From Vicugna vicugna (lineage: Eukaryota): a stretch of 64,000 bases of DNA. Shown here piece after piece: positions 12,171 to 26,849 of the stretch (position 1 is its first letter; each line of letters begins with the position of its first letter). The notes under the pieces are model-generated. The model did no database searches and was not told the DNA's origin. It worked only from the letters and a program-made list of their open reading frames with translations. A program made the position numbers and the translations under genes. The DNA is taken from NCBI GenBank assembly GCA_013265495.1, contig MU057865.1, positions 744,001 through 808,000 of the forward strand, in the 5' to 3' direction.

Positions 12171-15100
12171 AAGGGGCTTTGTATGAAGCCAGTCTCAGAT
12201 GGTTCCAGATGACTTCCAGGATCGTGATTGCTATGAAAGAAATTACTGAAGTTTCAAAAATAAGCAACACTACTACAGATATGAGTTGTGTGCATGAACT
12301 GAGGAAAAAAAGAAGCAAAATGGGACAAAAATGTGGGGTAAAACACTTGCCACATCTCCTCCAAATACAGCCACTTGCTCCGGAGCATGGATGAGGCGGC
12401 CAGGGTTCTGGGGCTGGGCTCATTGTGGAGGAAGTGAAAACCTATCTTTTGATTTTTAGGAAACAATGCCTAAAGGGCTGGAAAACAAGTTCACTTTTCT
12501 ATAATGCAAGAAAACATATTTAAGGTTCAGAATTTACCCCAAGGACTAACCTCATGCCTCTGTGGCATGATCTCAAGAATCTTGAAGTGCCAACACGAAT
12601 CTCTTACCCTTCCCAATGCCATGTGCCTGAAATCTTGCTTTTCAAGCTTTATTCCTTTGGTTTCTTGCTTTAATCCCCGTGACAATGCAAATTCTCCTTC
12701 AGAAGCTTCTCAGCTGAAACAAGTGATTCTAAGCCCAGCAGATCTGAAAAATATGCCAGGCTCCTCTCTGCAACTGGGGTTCACTCTGGCAGTGACTGTC
12801 AGATGTCCCCACAACTTCTGGGTGCAGAGTATATGGAATTGTAGGGTGGGGAATTGATGGGGAGGAAACGGAACATTGCACTGTCCAGAAGGGAGCTAAA
12901 TGTGGATTTAAGTGAGGGAAAGAAGGATGGTCACGGGAATTTGGAGCAGAAGGGAGAGGAAGAGGGTGGAAACTGTACCAACAAACTCTTCCGGCTTCAC
13001 AATTTGAAACATGATTCTGCTAAATACAGTGATGGGACAGTAGTTAAGAGATACACCTGGCAGCATCTAATGTCATCTAATAGACCTCACGTCCACTTAA
13101 GACACCAACATGCTCAACATTGCCCTGACTGGATGCAGGCTGATGAGTCAGAAAGAAGATGGAATTTGGAGGAAAACTTAACGGACTGGCACAGTAGTCT
13201 TGAGTATATTAATTAAACTCTCTGAGAATGCCCCTACAATAACATGGTACATGGCGATAATAATATTTACATGGTAGGGTTTTTGTGAAGATTAAGAGAG
13301 GCAGACTCCTGAGGATGCCTGCTCAGAGACACTGACTAGAGCTTGCATCTCCGGCATCCCCTTTCTGGCCCCGTGACCTGAATCTCTTCTCACGTCTCTC
13401 CTCTGCTGCGTCTTACTATTCTAAGCACATCCTTTCTAAGGGAAACCTGCAAATTTAAGACCGTGCTTTCCACACTGACCAAGCTTTCTGTCACCTCGCT
13501 CTCTGATCTCAAGGAAGATTCCAGGTCAATAAATTCACACCAGCACTTTGATAACTAAGAACCAAATTCATGTTGCTCTCTGTAGCATACCTGCATTTAA
13601 GAAAGGGTAGCAAATTAAGAGCTGGAGCTGTCATAGCAAGAGAAAAAAAATAAATGAGGCATTGGTGACTGGTTTTTGATGGTGAGTCCAAGCTATGTAA
13701 CTCCCAAATGTTGGCCTCCATGATTTTAGACCAAAAGACTGATTTCAGCTTTGGGATGAGAGACGCTAGGGAGAGATTTTCGATACAAGAGATCCGAGGG
13801 TTGGGTGTAGAGAGCTAGAAGAAGACAGGTATTTAGAAGTTAAGATGGGGGGAGGGCCCTGGGAAGGAGCAGCCAGTGAGGCTACAGGAAAACCAGAGTG
13901 CTGATCACAGTCGTTCCATGTCTATGCTTCTACCTGCTCAGCTGGAAACTGCCCTCAGGTCTGCAGACAGAAGGGACATTGACTGAAAGTTATCTTTAAG
14001 TTCTTGTCTTTCCAGCCTCCTCACAAAAAAACCTTTGGTTCATCTCTTTACTGATGTCACCTGTTTGGTTTGTCCTGAGCCATCTTTCAGCTCAGATTTG
14101 GAATGTTTTCATTTATTTAGTTTCAGCTGAAGTCAGAAACCTACTTTTTAATTTTTTTGCATGGCCCATTATGACCTCCTTACCCCTCTTTACAACCTGA
14201 TGATTAAGACTTCGGGCTTGGAGTCAGACAGGTATGGGGTCTAAGTCCAACTTCACCACCGACTAGCTGTTTATTCTTTGACCCAAAGGTAAGATTATCA
14301 CCTATCCAAATGCAAATTCCAACCTACGTCCTTACCCACCTCTCTTCTCCAAGATATCATCAGTTTTGCCCAGAGGCTGATCTTTCATGCAGTCCTGCTC
14401 AAAGGGCCTGGGGCAAGTATCTGGAGAATCCAGAGTCCCGGGAGGCCAGAGATTCCATAGCACAGATAGACTGATAGTATATTTCTGTGCTTCTAAAATC
14501 AAGCCAGAAAATCTAATCCTCTTGAAGGAGGAATAATGTTACAAAAGAAGAAATGCAGTCCATAGGTTATGGTTATGCTTTCCATAAAGAGAATCCAGCC
14601 CCGAAGCCATGATGTATTTTTAATGGATGTATCAACGCTACTCAAGATGTTAAAAAAAAGCATGGAGACCAAGCCAGCAATAGTGCTGAGGGAAAGCATT
14701 AGCCTGGGGAGGCTGTAATTCAGGGGAAGGGGAAGCTGCCCCAGGCACTCAAGCATTATTGTACGGAGAAGGTGGGGGAGGAGCAGCAGCATTGTCCATC
14801 TATTGATGGAGAAAGTGAGTGGACTTCAGTTCAATAGGAAAAAAAAAAGACTTTCTTCTTCTTACACTATGAGTTATTCAGCAGTGAAAGGGGCCACCTT
14901 ATTGAAGTAAAATTGTGACATTTTATTGCCAGAAGGCTATTCTGAAATCGTGTTAGTTCCTCTTCTCAATTGACTTGTGAGATGACCAAAGCCAGATTGG
15001 CTTTAGTGACTTCCACAGAGTCACACAAGAGGGTTATAGACTCAGAAAACCTGGCTTGAGTCTATACACCATTCCCTTCTGGCTATAAAATTATTTCTCT

Positions 15101-15235
15101 TGTTTCTTAGGGAAGCTGAGGGCTTTAAGGGCCTGACTCCCTTCATCAAGGATGTGGCTCAGAAAGCTTGGAGATGCAACCAGAGCAGGGTGATGTTTTT
15201 ACATCATGATAATATTAGCGTTATCGGTTCACCTA

Positions 15236-15674
15236 TGTCTACTGAAAAAAATGCACAACCTAAAAGTTAAGAATTATGTTTTCTTCATTAGACATTCTGC
15301 AGACTCCAAGCCCAGGAGAGAGCCTTTCAGATAGCCCTAAGGGACTGCTCCAAAGAGGTAAGGGAAGAGCCAGGAGATATAGGAGTTCTTGCAACAAAGA
15401 CCAGGTAGTCGGAACATCAAAATATTACTGTTAATTCAAGCAAACCAGACATCTCAAGTTAAGGGATTTAGCACTTTTCCACGTATGGGAAGATGGAAGA
15501 GTCTGGGCTCATTGAAATAATTCCTTTGACATGCACCTTGGTCATCTAGGGCCAGCATCCTGTTCTTTCCCATCCTGAGTTCCCTCAGGGTGCACTGTCA
15601 AGGGCGGTTGTAGCAGCTTGATGGCTGCAACATCTTTTGTTTACTGATATGGCAGGCAACATTTTTCATTCCCA
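15236..15674 (-). mobile_element. ERV1-type solo LTR (MER41-like), third copy
   Basis: Collinear with 7860-8349. TG...CA termini with flanks CCTA/CCTG. Confidence 0.87.
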
Positions 15675-18600
15675 CCTGTAATAAAAGCCGACAAATATGT
15701 AAGTAGGGATACTGTCAATGTCTCATACATATCATGTCTCAAGGAACTCCTCAGGAATGGTGAGACCCAAGCTTTGTCCTCCTCTGTCAGAAGCCAGGTG
15801 AAGAGTAGCTTTGATATTTATCTGAGAGGAGGGTAAGAAAATTATCAGATGCATAAATGTACTTAGCCCTTAAAAATGTCTAGGAGTGGGGAGAAGGGGC
15901 TCAGGGGGAGGGAGAAGGCTGCAGAGTGCAGAGACGAAAAGGTGCGGGTTAGGCAGGGAGGGGGTGAACATAGAGGCTAAACCCAGAGACCCAGGGACCA
16001 TCCATGGACCCTCTGGAGACTTAGGCAGTGACGTCACTCTCCCTTTTCATGTTACGGACAACTTAAGTAGCTAATGCAGGAACGTCATTCCATCCCTCAC
16101 TCTAGCTTGTGTGACGTTGAGCCCGACACTTAAATATTTGGACGTGAATGTTCTGAAACCTTCCTTGGAGCAAGCTTTACTTGTTTTTGTGAAAGAAACG
16201 GACACAATCCCTTCTGCTCAGTTACCTGGGGCATCGGGTTCAGTGTGGACAGTGAGACAGCAAGAAGTGTTTACCCCCGGGCCCGGGGCAGCAGCCAGAG
16301 GGGTGGCAGGTTGAGGTGCTTTACTTCTGCGTCCTCTGATACCACCCCTCCACGCCACAGGCTGGACTAAAAGCAACCATGAGTAGCAGCTAAGGAAGTT
16401 TCTAAACTTAGTAGCTTAATTTTCCTATTTATGGAATCAGCACCATGGCCACAGGTCCTTTTTCGGTTGTTATTTAAACTCACAGTAGGTAAGGTGTGGT
16501 ACCCTGATGATAAGTTAGGCGCATCCCGGGGGTGCTGCCCACATGGGAATCAGTCCAAAGGTGGGCGAGCTGCCTCTCAGGCATATGAGGTTGTGATTCA
16601 TATGCTGGGTGGGACATGACAAGCATGTGTGCGAAGATGCCCTGAAAATAAACAAACAAACAAACAAAGACATAACTTTATAGTGTCTTTTTTATTAAGG
16701 ACAAGAGAAGGAAGCAGGCAGCTTTGTACAAGAACACAACCAGATTTCATTATTTGGGGGTCTACCTTTCGATGTGAGCTTTCTCATTGTTATCTGGGCA
16801 ATTTGGGACAAGGCTTTTTAAATCTCAGATGATGATAACACTTTCACCCAACTGAGGAATAAATAAGTAGGTGGGCTTAAAATTGTTTCGCTAACTATAA
16901 GTTGACACCCCACTGCTATTTAGAGTAAGGAAGGAAACTTAGAATCTTAACAGCCGACAATGTTATGATTGTAAAACTGTATCCTTAGGCTGTAAAAAGA
17001 CAGATGATTAAAGAATAACTCATCAATGATCTCAGTCCAGATAGACTCACCCAGAGCTGGCAACATGTTAGATTCATGCTTTATAATATTGAGACATAAT
17101 GGGTCAGGGAGAGAGTTTTATTTGACTGCTTTCCTTCCTGTAAGTGTGGGGCTCAGACCTACCTGAATACTTGTTCTAACAACCGTGACCTCAAAAATTT
17201 TGCTCTGCTAAGATCTAGGTGGAGAGATTCACCGGTACTGTGGCTTGGGTATGCACACTGAGAACACAAGGAGGAGAGCTGTGTTATACTGAGGTGCCAT
17301 TTCAGATACTTCAGATTTCCAAGACAACCCCGTGATCCCTTGCTCTGGATTCAGTGCACGGCTTTCAGTGGTGTTGGCTGTGTCAGCTGCTCTTAGCCAT
17401 GAACCACAGCATCTCGGAGAGACTCTGCTAAGTGCCCACCGGGTCTGTAGCGTGGAAAACACGACTGCCAAGTTAATGGAGAGCTTCTGCTACTGAGGGC
17501 TGAGAGATTTCAATCACGGCTGTTGTCAATGAGTGGGGATGATTGGAGCCATGGTGTATCCTTGTCTGAAAAAAAGAGCAGAAGCTTAAAAAAAAAAACA
17601 CATCCTGAGTAGATGGCAGGTCCAGTTGTGAGCTGCTGCAGGTGTGTAAGCTGACGGGCGCTGGGCTGATTTCCTCCCTGGGACGGGGAGCTCTCCTGCA
17701 GGGCCCTGCATCTCCCCACATCTCCACTGCTCCAGAAACAGGAGGTTAATTAGCCCAGTGCTTAATGAGAGTGTCTGGAGGAGCTGTTGAGAAAATACTA
17801 AAAAATAAATGAGATGGAGGAACAACGGAGACAAGGCAGAGGGCTGCGGTGCGCTCCGAATGGCTGGTGGGAGAAATTAACGTGGCTGAGACAGATTGAC
17901 AAGGACTGTGCAGCTGGGTCCCCGCCCTGGTGCCACTGGAGGGGCACTCTGGTGATAAGCAAACAGCGCAGAGATGGGGGAACTTGCGAGACTTGGCAGC
18001 TCTGGATGGTGATGCGAGGATATGTGTGCAGGAGGCAGAGTGGAAAGGGGGAGAGCTATGCTTATATTTTGAGGACTTGAGAATCATAAGACTTCTAAGG
18101 CAAAGAAACAATTATCTTCTATTCCTAGCATCATTGGTTACTGACTTACTATCAAGCTTGGTACCTAGAACGAGGGGCAACAGGCAGAAAGAGGATGCCA
18201 CAAGATGACCCTCTTGTACCAGAGCTGAAAGTAAGTATCTGTGGAATACATGAATGAATAGAAAATTAAATGAGTTTTCCTAAGCTGAGGCCATGATTTC
18301 ATGGCAGTGGTTTTCAAACCATTCTCTGAAAAGCCCAGAAGGTCCATGGAAGTATGTCAGGAAACTCCATGAAATTGTTGGTCAAATTACTTGGATGAGT
18401 TTATGGCTGTTTGGAGAAGTGTTTCAAAGACCAGACACTCAGTTAGGGTTTGATTTAGAATCCTACTAAACGTTCGTGTCTAACTGAGTCAGGCTTCAGC
18501 ACGGCCATCAGAGCCCAAGGTCACGGGGAGAGCTGGTAGCTGAGTTAAAGATTAAGTCAAGAACTTCTGATTTAAGCTCCAGTGCTCTTTCCAACTCACC

Positions 18601-18869
18601 AAGCTTGGGGCTGCAGATGCATCAGAAAAAAATGAGCCCAAAATACGTTAGAGGTTCATAAAAAATTGTCATTGCCTTGGAAAGGTGGCAAGACTCAGGA
18701 GGGCAAAGTGAGAACTGAGCCAAACTTTCAGGCAAATGAGTGTCTAGAAATGGGGACTTTGACAAAACCCAGGGGAGCCAGGACAGAAAAAGCATGTGTA
18801 TATCATTGACACAAAGAGATCTTAATACTGTGAAATCCTGTTAGCTTGGGCTCCTATTGTTTAAGGTAA

Positions 18870-18980
18870 CTTTAATAATCCCAGTTTTACACTTGAAGAA
18901 ACTGAGTCTCAGAAAGATGAAGTAACTCTACCGAAGTCAAGGTAGAGCCGGGATTCAAACTCAGGTCTGCCAAGCACCGA
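18870..18980 (-). mobile_element. MIR SINE
   Basis: cccagttttacacttgaagaaactgagtctcaga...gggattcaaactcaggtctg. Confidence 0.75.
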
Positions 18981-21774
18981 CGTCCCCATTGTCACTGGGT
19001 GGAGTAGGTGGGCCTCTACAGGTCATTAATAAAATTCCAAAACAAATGGGGAAAGTAATCAGAAAGTGTAGTGATTATCTGAATGCTGACAGGCCCTGAG
19101 AACCAGGACCATCCATCTCAGGGCCTGGGCACTGAGAAAGGAAACCATGTCTCACCCTCTACAGTGACATGACTGTGCCACTCCTCCGTCTTTGTTAGCA
19201 TGCACCTTCTCCCCCAAGACATGCTGAAGTGTGCAAGGCCATGTTCCCAGCATGTAGCAAGTCAGGTTTGTCTTATAAAGAGGTTGTAATAAAGATATTT
19301 GGGGAGCCAGCTCTTGATACGAAATTGGTTTTGCAAAGTATTCAAATCCCCAAACCATCTCGCCCTGTCGTCTTTGACAAAGAGCCAAGTGAGGAATGCA
19401 GACCCAGAGAAGCACCAAGCAGGGCTTACAAAATGCTCCCCTTCTCTGCTGAGAAATTTAAGTTCATAACAAAGGAGAAATGTTTTATCCTCTTCACTGC
19501 CTCCTCCCCTAAAAATAATAGAGACTTTTGCAGTCCCAGTGGAAGCCAGAGTTGTTGGGGAGGGACAGAGGGATTGTGTCATCTGGAGGAACTAGGGGCA
19601 AGAAGCAGAGGGAAGGTGTCACAAAACGGCCCTCTTGTGCCAGAGCTAAAAAGATGAGAAAGTGTAATATTACCCGGGATTCCATGCTGCTCACTGAGGC
19701 TTAGAATGGCACGCTGGGGGTGGGGGAAGGATGGATGCAAAAGTCATATTCTGAGCAGAAGACAAAGGACACAACAAGATGCCTTTCCATCCGGTCCTTT
19801 CACAACTTTAAAATTTGATTCCAAACTGATTTATGGAAGTTACATTCCATCTCAAAAGGCTTTGCTATTGACCTATTATCAAAAGCAGGGATAGGAAGCA
19901 GGTAATTGCCTAGGAATATAAAGACATGGACTGGAGTTCTATGTGGTGGATGGGGCTGCCAGTACGCCCCCGTCTCCATCATTCAGCACGCAGGCTCCCT
20001 GACTCCGATGAAACCATGAAACTTGATGATGCTGCAACTGAACTTTGGGTGGAGTTACAAATGAAGTTCCCAAAATCCTCTCTGTATTGATTGGCTTCAT
20101 TTGAATTATTTTAACCAACTGAGCGTGGTGTCTAGCACACAGCAGTATTCCTAAGTACCAGTCACGTGATCTGATCGTTCAGATTAGGAGGGCCTCTGAT
20201 GGTGGCCATGTACAATGTGAGACCCACGGTCCATGGGCCTGTTTCATTTAACAGAAGTTTTAAAGGAGTCAGAACAGGCAAAGAACGACCACAGTCATTA
20301 CCAGGGTTGCCACCAGGTTGGAGGGAGGAATCAGAAGAGGGTAAAACACGTGGGCAAGTTCACTTCATGCAGGGAAACCAGGCGAGGGAGGAGGAAGCCG
20401 GCTGCTCACACTTTCTCTAAATCTGGAACTTCTCTAGGTTCTACAGAAACAAAATGAAGAATTCTCCTTCTGCCCTAAATTCCCTTTACGGGCTTTCAAA
20501 TCCGAGGTGTTCCCTGTCCTTCGCTGTCAGTTACGCCTTCTCTTTTTGTTTCCCAGCTTCTAGGAATTTCCAAATATTTCTTTCAAGCTGATGATTCTAC
20601 TCACATTATATATGCCATCAGTTTTTACATCTTGTGTTTGGTTTTTATTACCTTTAATTTTTTTTTTTTAATTTTGGAGGGATGCTGAAGGAGTTAAGCA
20701 AAAGGTGAGCATGTGTGTTGATCCACTGCCCTCAACGAGAGGACCTTCCTGACACAAGCAAACATTTTTAATTATAATGAAGTTCAATTCGTCAATGTTT
20801 TCTCTTATGGCTCACAATTTTGGTGTTGCCTTAAGGAGTTTTAATACGGCATCATGCTTAGAGATGTTCCCTGAATATCCGTGAGATATGCTGAGTGGTA
20901 TATGAGTATTAAAAAGTCCTGTAAGAGCTTAGGGGAGGGGGACACCACTAAGAAGTAGGTAGCCTGGCAGTGTTGCTTCACACTTTTCCAATAAGCTCCT
21001 GAATTTCCTAAGTACAGAGATATATTGTTAATGTTTCAGGATTTGGCTTGAGCACATAAAATTGGAGAAATGCATCTATCTGTGGCCAGTGAGCCCTAAA
21101 CAGAACCACTTAATTCCTAAAAAGCCAGGAATTTTCCTAAGCTCTCAAGTCCTGCCTAGCACCTCTCCCCTGGCTCGTCATATCCTTTTATTTCATAGGA
21201 GTTTCTGTGAAGTTTCAATGGACTCTGTGGACATTCTCTCCTGTGATTGCAGAGGAATTAAATGTCTGTTTATTTCACTTAGTGCTGTGATCTTCTTTGT
21301 TCCACTGAGATTTTAGATTCTGTTTATTTCAAATTTACTATTGAGGGACTGAAGACCTACCTGATTAAAAAAATAAAAAATCTATATATTTTTTACTAGC
21401 AAATGCCCTATCAGATAGCACCACTGAGTTCTCTGTATGTGCATTGTCAGCATCCAGCACAGAGTAGGTCCTCAGTGAATCTGATGAAATAATGAAATAA
21501 GTGATTGAACGCCAGACACAAATCAGAAGAGTTGAACAAAACTTTTAATCCTACACCTCTGCATATCTATCCATCTCCATATACATGTAAACACTAAAAC
21601 CAAGTGTATTACAGATAATTCTGAGGTTGAGAAAAATATTTTTTCTCTCTAATTCTGGAGAGGAAAGAAAATCTAGTTTCTCTAGTTATAAAATGAAGGG
21701 CATTTTTTCCCCTTTAGCTGTTCTACAATGACATTGGTGTTATTATAAATGTCACTTTATTTAGCTGTTTTTCT

Positions 21775-21910
21775 GGGGGTATTTTTGGGGGGGAGGGAGA
21801 TAATTAGATTTATTTATTTAGTTGTTAGTTAATGGAGGTACTGGGGATTGAACCCAGGACCTTGTGCATGTTAGGCATGTACTTTACCACTGAGCTATAC
21901 CCTCTCCCCC
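21775..21910 (-). mobile_element. tRNA-derived SINE (camelid Vic-1 type)
   Basis: Homologous to 9453-9590. 16-bp TSD ATTTAGCTGTT(T/C)TTCT at 21759-21774 and 21911-21926. Confidence 0.88.
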
Positions 21911-23337
21911 ATTTAGCTGTTCTTCTAAGGTGCAGAAGAAATCTAGGTGGGGCACAGGAAGAGAAGCCCTGCATGCTCTTCCCAGAGTCAATGATGGCAT
22001 TGATCAGCCGGAAGACGGCAGCATGGCTGGCCCTTCACTGGGATGTCTGCGGGACAGCTCTGGTCCTTGCTTTGCAGTGGTTGCTGCTCGCACTCACGCT
22101 GGGGGAACACAGAGCTGGAGCCCCAGCCCCTTTCTTTGACTTCCAGCTTCCCGCCAGTGCTCATAATGAGCATATGCTCTGGCTGCATGACCTGGCTTCA
22201 TTCACAACTAAATCAGGACTAAAGCAGTCTGGATGATAGATAGCAGCTTATCAATAATTGAAAAGAAAGGCTCAGCGATGTCCCATTATCTGAATAATTA
22301 ATGCTCCACTTGGGTTTTGTAATTCCTTAATAAAACTGACTGATTGATTTGCTTAATTAATTCCTCCTTCGACAGGCTTACTGCTTTCTTTGGAGACAGG
22401 GATGGGTAAAAGAAAAAAGAAGGTAATTTAAGCTAAGAGGAAAGATTTAAAATCTTCATAAACTTTTAACCTGCTCAGAGTATTATAAAAACAAATTTTG
22501 CAGCAAACCTCCCCCGCGTCTTGGTTCTGCCATAAAAGACCCCCAGACGTCTGTCAACAGACAGCGCATGTCACCTGGGTATGTTTGGTGTGGCAGCTGA
22601 TGAAATATTATGCTACACGGTACGGGCCCCAACCACATCTGTGGTAATAAACTCAGCTCAACTTTAAACACTTTTGAATAAATCGATCTGAATGAACGTT
22701 GACAGCAGGCTTCTGTTTAAAGCAGTGAGCTCTGGGCAAGGCAGGGGCAGCTACCTCGAGGCTGAGTGAGCTGACGGCCTTGCCTGTACGAAGCATCCCT
22801 CTGGCTTCACGTGCACCTGCTCTCACTGAAGAACAGTGCCTGTCACTAGAGCTCGGTCCAGCACCAAGTCTACTGCCACCCTTCCCGTGATGACTGGGGT
22901 TGATCAGAGAAGGACTGAATCAGCGCCACAGTGAATTAAACTACGAAATGGAAAGAAACAGGTCGTACAGCAGGTGAGGGGTGGAGGATGGGGATTGAGA
23001 AAAAGAAAACTGCGAGTTAAGTGAGGGAATGTGAAGTGGTACATAGCCCAAGGAAGAGAATTAAAGCCATTTCTCTTAATTCTGGGACCCAGGTGCAATT
23101 TGTAGCTAGAAAAATAATACAATCATTTTTAGAAAATGTTAAAGAAAGGATAAAACACATTGAAGATAAATTATTCAGTTGAAAGAAGAAAGCAAGCCTT
23201 ACTAGTACAAACCTACTTACATTTCAATGATGCTATTAAGCTACATATCCGGGGTGCGCAATGGAAGGTTTAGTCTCGGATTCTATTTCAGTCACGTTTT
23301 GCCATGGCATTGCTTTCTGTGGATTTGTTTAGAACTT

Positions 23338-23713
23338 TGTCTTAGCCACCTTGGGCTGCTATAGCAAACATCGTAGAAAGAGGTTTAAACAACAGACACC
23401 TAGGTCTCACAGTTCTGGAGACTGACCTTGGTTCCTGGTGAAGACCCTCTTTGGGGTTTATAAATGGCTGTCTTCTTCCTGTGCCCTCATATGGCAACAG
23501 GGAAGAGCGAGGCGGGGATGGGGAGAGAAGAAAGACAGAGAGAGGAAATAGAGCAAGCCCTCGTTTCTTCTTATAAGAGCACCCATCCCATCATGAGGAC
23601 CTCTCATTGATCATCTAAACCTCTCAAAGGCTCCACCTCCTGATACCATCACTTTAGGGGGTCAGAGCTTCAACATCTGAATTCTGAGGGGATGAAAGCA
23701 TTCAGTCTACAAC
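23338..23713 (-). mobile_element. MaLR LTR, MLT1A-like
   Basis: tgtcttag...gggctgctatagcaaa, tctcacagttctggag and gcttcaacatctgaatt; ends in ...caaca. Confidence 0.8.
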
Positions 23714-25174
23714 ACAGTTAAGAAGAATTACTGGTAAAGGTGGGTTGAGTTTTGGGCGTGGAAGCCTATTTCTAACTAGGGGCGAGGGTTTTGTGCACAG
23801 ACTCAGGGTAATGGCAGTGTCTGCGGAGTAGTAAGAACAGGTTTCTTTCCCTCAAATTTTCATGATAAAAGTAGACCTATACCAAAGGAAATGCATTTCC
23901 TGGTAAGGTAGCGACCAATTCACAGTACGCGTAGCTCAGCTAACTAGCTGGAGGAGGTTGAAATGATCAGCACTGATTCTCAAAGGACTTGAAACACACA
24001 TCTCACAGTCTTGACTACTGCTACAGTGATGGCCACCAGTTTACCTTGACTTTCTCACTTTTAACCAACTAGCTACATGTCTCATATACAGGAGGGACAC
24101 ACCTTTCAAGAATGAACAAACGAGTGGCTGAGAATACTTGAAAAGCATTCTAAGTACAGTTCCGGGAGCGATGTCACAGGCCGTCTTGGTAAATCTCCAT
24201 TGCCATCCTGGAAGACAAACATCTTGAGTCACTTTTTACAGGTCAGAAATCTGGGGCCAAAGGGGAGCAGTTGTAGAGAAATAAAAAAGCCAAACTTTGA
24301 ACGAGGTTGGTTCATCTTTTGTTGATCCCATTTATTTATTACAGTCACTTTGGTTTGTGCAAACTCTTGGCCCTCTTACCCACATTCTCTCTATTCTTCT
24401 AGGCCCCCTCCTCCATGAAGAGTACCCTGATTGCACCAGTTTATACCAATTTCTCCTCTCTGAATGGCTTTTGCCCTTTTCATCAGATACCTCCAGTGTA
24501 CCATGCTTTCTTTTTCACGTGGTTCACTTTTATCTTTTCACCTAGTATATAAACATCTTTGCCATTATAATTTCCTTACAGATAACACAGTATTAAGTAC
24601 ATTTTTGGTTATGTAGATATCTCAATATATTTTAGACCATCAATCAATTGACTGAGCGATTTTAGATCTTTCTCTTGAAAGAGTTAAATTATTATATTTT
24701 TTGCAAAATAATTGAGTTGTTTTCTTTTTAACTGAGTGTTAACTAAAATGATTAGTTCTGTGTGTAATATGTAGTGAATTAGCTGCACCAGAGAATAATA
24801 GCACCAGACTGAAAAAAAAAAAAAACCAAACAAAAAAGAACCCCAAATTTGGCATAGGATTTAATGTCTAATCAGTTAAAATGATGAGTTTCTGGAAAGA
24901 TGTCTGTAGGTTCAGGTGACTATAGAAAGTTGGTGCATAGTGTCCTCAGATATGTTTCTACCAAATAAGAGTATGAGTCAGTCTTCCAAAGCTTTAAAAC
25001 TAGGCATACGCTTCTTTGTAAGGACTTTCCCAGAATAGACCAGTTCCATCAATACTGAAAACTCAGGAAGGAAGCTCCTTCTTTGGTGACACTCTGCAGG
25101 TGTCATCAGGGACTCGTCATCAGGTGCAGGGGCAACACACTGCGAATTAAGAGCATTAGGTTATTGAAATCCAA

Positions 25175-25638
25175 TGTTTATTTGTTCATCCATTCAAAAA
25201 TATTTACTGAGCTTCTATTCTTTGTGATGCAATATTTTAGGAATAAAATATGTCGAATGGAGGGAGTCAACATTTTAGATTGGCTAGTGGGTGGTGAAGG
25301 TAAAGAGAAAGACAGAGAGAGAGAGAGAGAATGCTGTGCAGATATCATCATGGAGATGAGCTGTCCTGGCAGAGGGAATTTCAGATGCGCTGGTGTGGAA
25401 GAGAGCTTGGCAAGCTCCAGGAAGAGTGAGGAGGCCAGTGTATTAAGAGTGATGGAGCAAAGGAGAGAGCAGAAGAGATGAAGGGAGAGAGTAACAGCAA
25501 GCCAGTTCACACAGGAAATTGAAAATCAGGGCGGAGAGTAAGTCATGGTGAGGCTGTATTCTGAGTGAGATGAGTAGCCGTTGGAGAGTTCTGCGTGGCT
25601 CCTGCACCACATGTGGACACCCCAGCTTCTCTTTCCTA
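25175..25638 (-). mobile_element. L2 LINE fragment
   Basis: Starts with the L2 tail ttcatccattcaaaaatatttactgagc, followed by a purine-rich L2-like body. Confidence 0.6.
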
Positions 25639-26849
25639 ATTGCCGCTCTGGACCATCCCTTGAGCTTATAAGAATACTCATTGGTAGCACCATTTGACCT
25701 ATGCAGACTGGACACAGTAAGGATCCTGTGGAGCTCTTAGAGTCAATTTTCAATTTCATAATCTGGGACAACACTGCTTAGAATTTACTTCTGAAAAGAT
25801 GCTCAGTCTAGAATTTAGAAGGTTTTAATTTTAGAGCAGCTTTTGTTGTAGCTGCTGATGGGAGGTACTAGGAGTTGAATGAGGTAAGATAGTATCTAAT
25901 TTATTCTTTATTCAATAAAATTTGATTCCAGAAAAACTGACAAAATTACAACTAAGTCCCCAGAAAAGGCATCACTCAAAGAGCATCTTGTTGGGGTTTA
26001 GAGTCCAGGCTTTACAGTCAATAGACCACTCCACCATCTACTTGCTCATAACATGTTATGACTTCAGTTCAGAGTTAACCACTCTGAACATCACTGTCTT
26101 CATCAGCAAATGATGTTGATGGTGCTCACCTTACAAGGCTGCTGGGAGGGAACAATAATTATCTATATATCACATAAATGACACCTGATACCCCATCTAT
26201 GAGCCCCCACTCAGATGTAGCAGACCGGGACCGTGGCAGGATATTGCCGCTCTGGACCATCCCTTGAGCTTATAAGAATACTCATTGGTAGCACCATTTG
26301 ACCTATGCAGACTGGACACAGTAAGGATCCTGTGGAGCTCTTAGAGTCAATTTTCAATTTCATAATCTGGGACAACACTGCTTAGAATTTACTTCTGAAA
26401 AGATGCTCAGTCTAGAATTTAGAAGGTTTTAATTTTAGAGCAGCTTTTGTTGCAGCTGCTGATGGGAGGTACTAGGAGTTGAATGAGGTAAGATAGTATC
26501 TAATTTATTCTTTATTCAATAAAATTTGATTCCAGAAAAACTGACAAAATTACAACTAAGTCCCCAGAAAAGGCATCACTCAAAGAGCATCTTGTTGGGG
26601 TTTAGAGTCCAGGCTTTACAGTCAATAGACCACTCCACCATCTACTTGCTCATAACACGTTATGACTTCACTTCAGAGTTAACCACTCTAAACATCACTG
26701 TCTTCATCAGCAAATGATGTTGACAGTGCTCACCTTACAAGGCTGCTGGGAGGGAACAATAATTATCTATATATCACATAAATGACACCTGATACCCCAT
26801 CTATGAGCCCCCACTCAGATGTAGCAGACCGGGACCGTGGCAGGATATT
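25639..26849. repeat. 604-bp head-to-tail tandem duplication
   Basis: 25639-26242 repeats at 26243-26846. I count 6 substitutions by eye. ATT occurs at all three junctions. Confidence 0.96.

Noticed and set aside
7552..15674. LTR copies as the ends of one ~8-kb provirus (left flank CCTA, right flank CCTG)
   Set aside because: Each LTR has its own TSD, the copies are diverged, and the interval contains MIR, L2 and SINE sequence rather than gag/pol/env.
19229..19657. 142-aa ORF
   Set aside because: It has a non-ATG start, no recognisable domain and no exon context.
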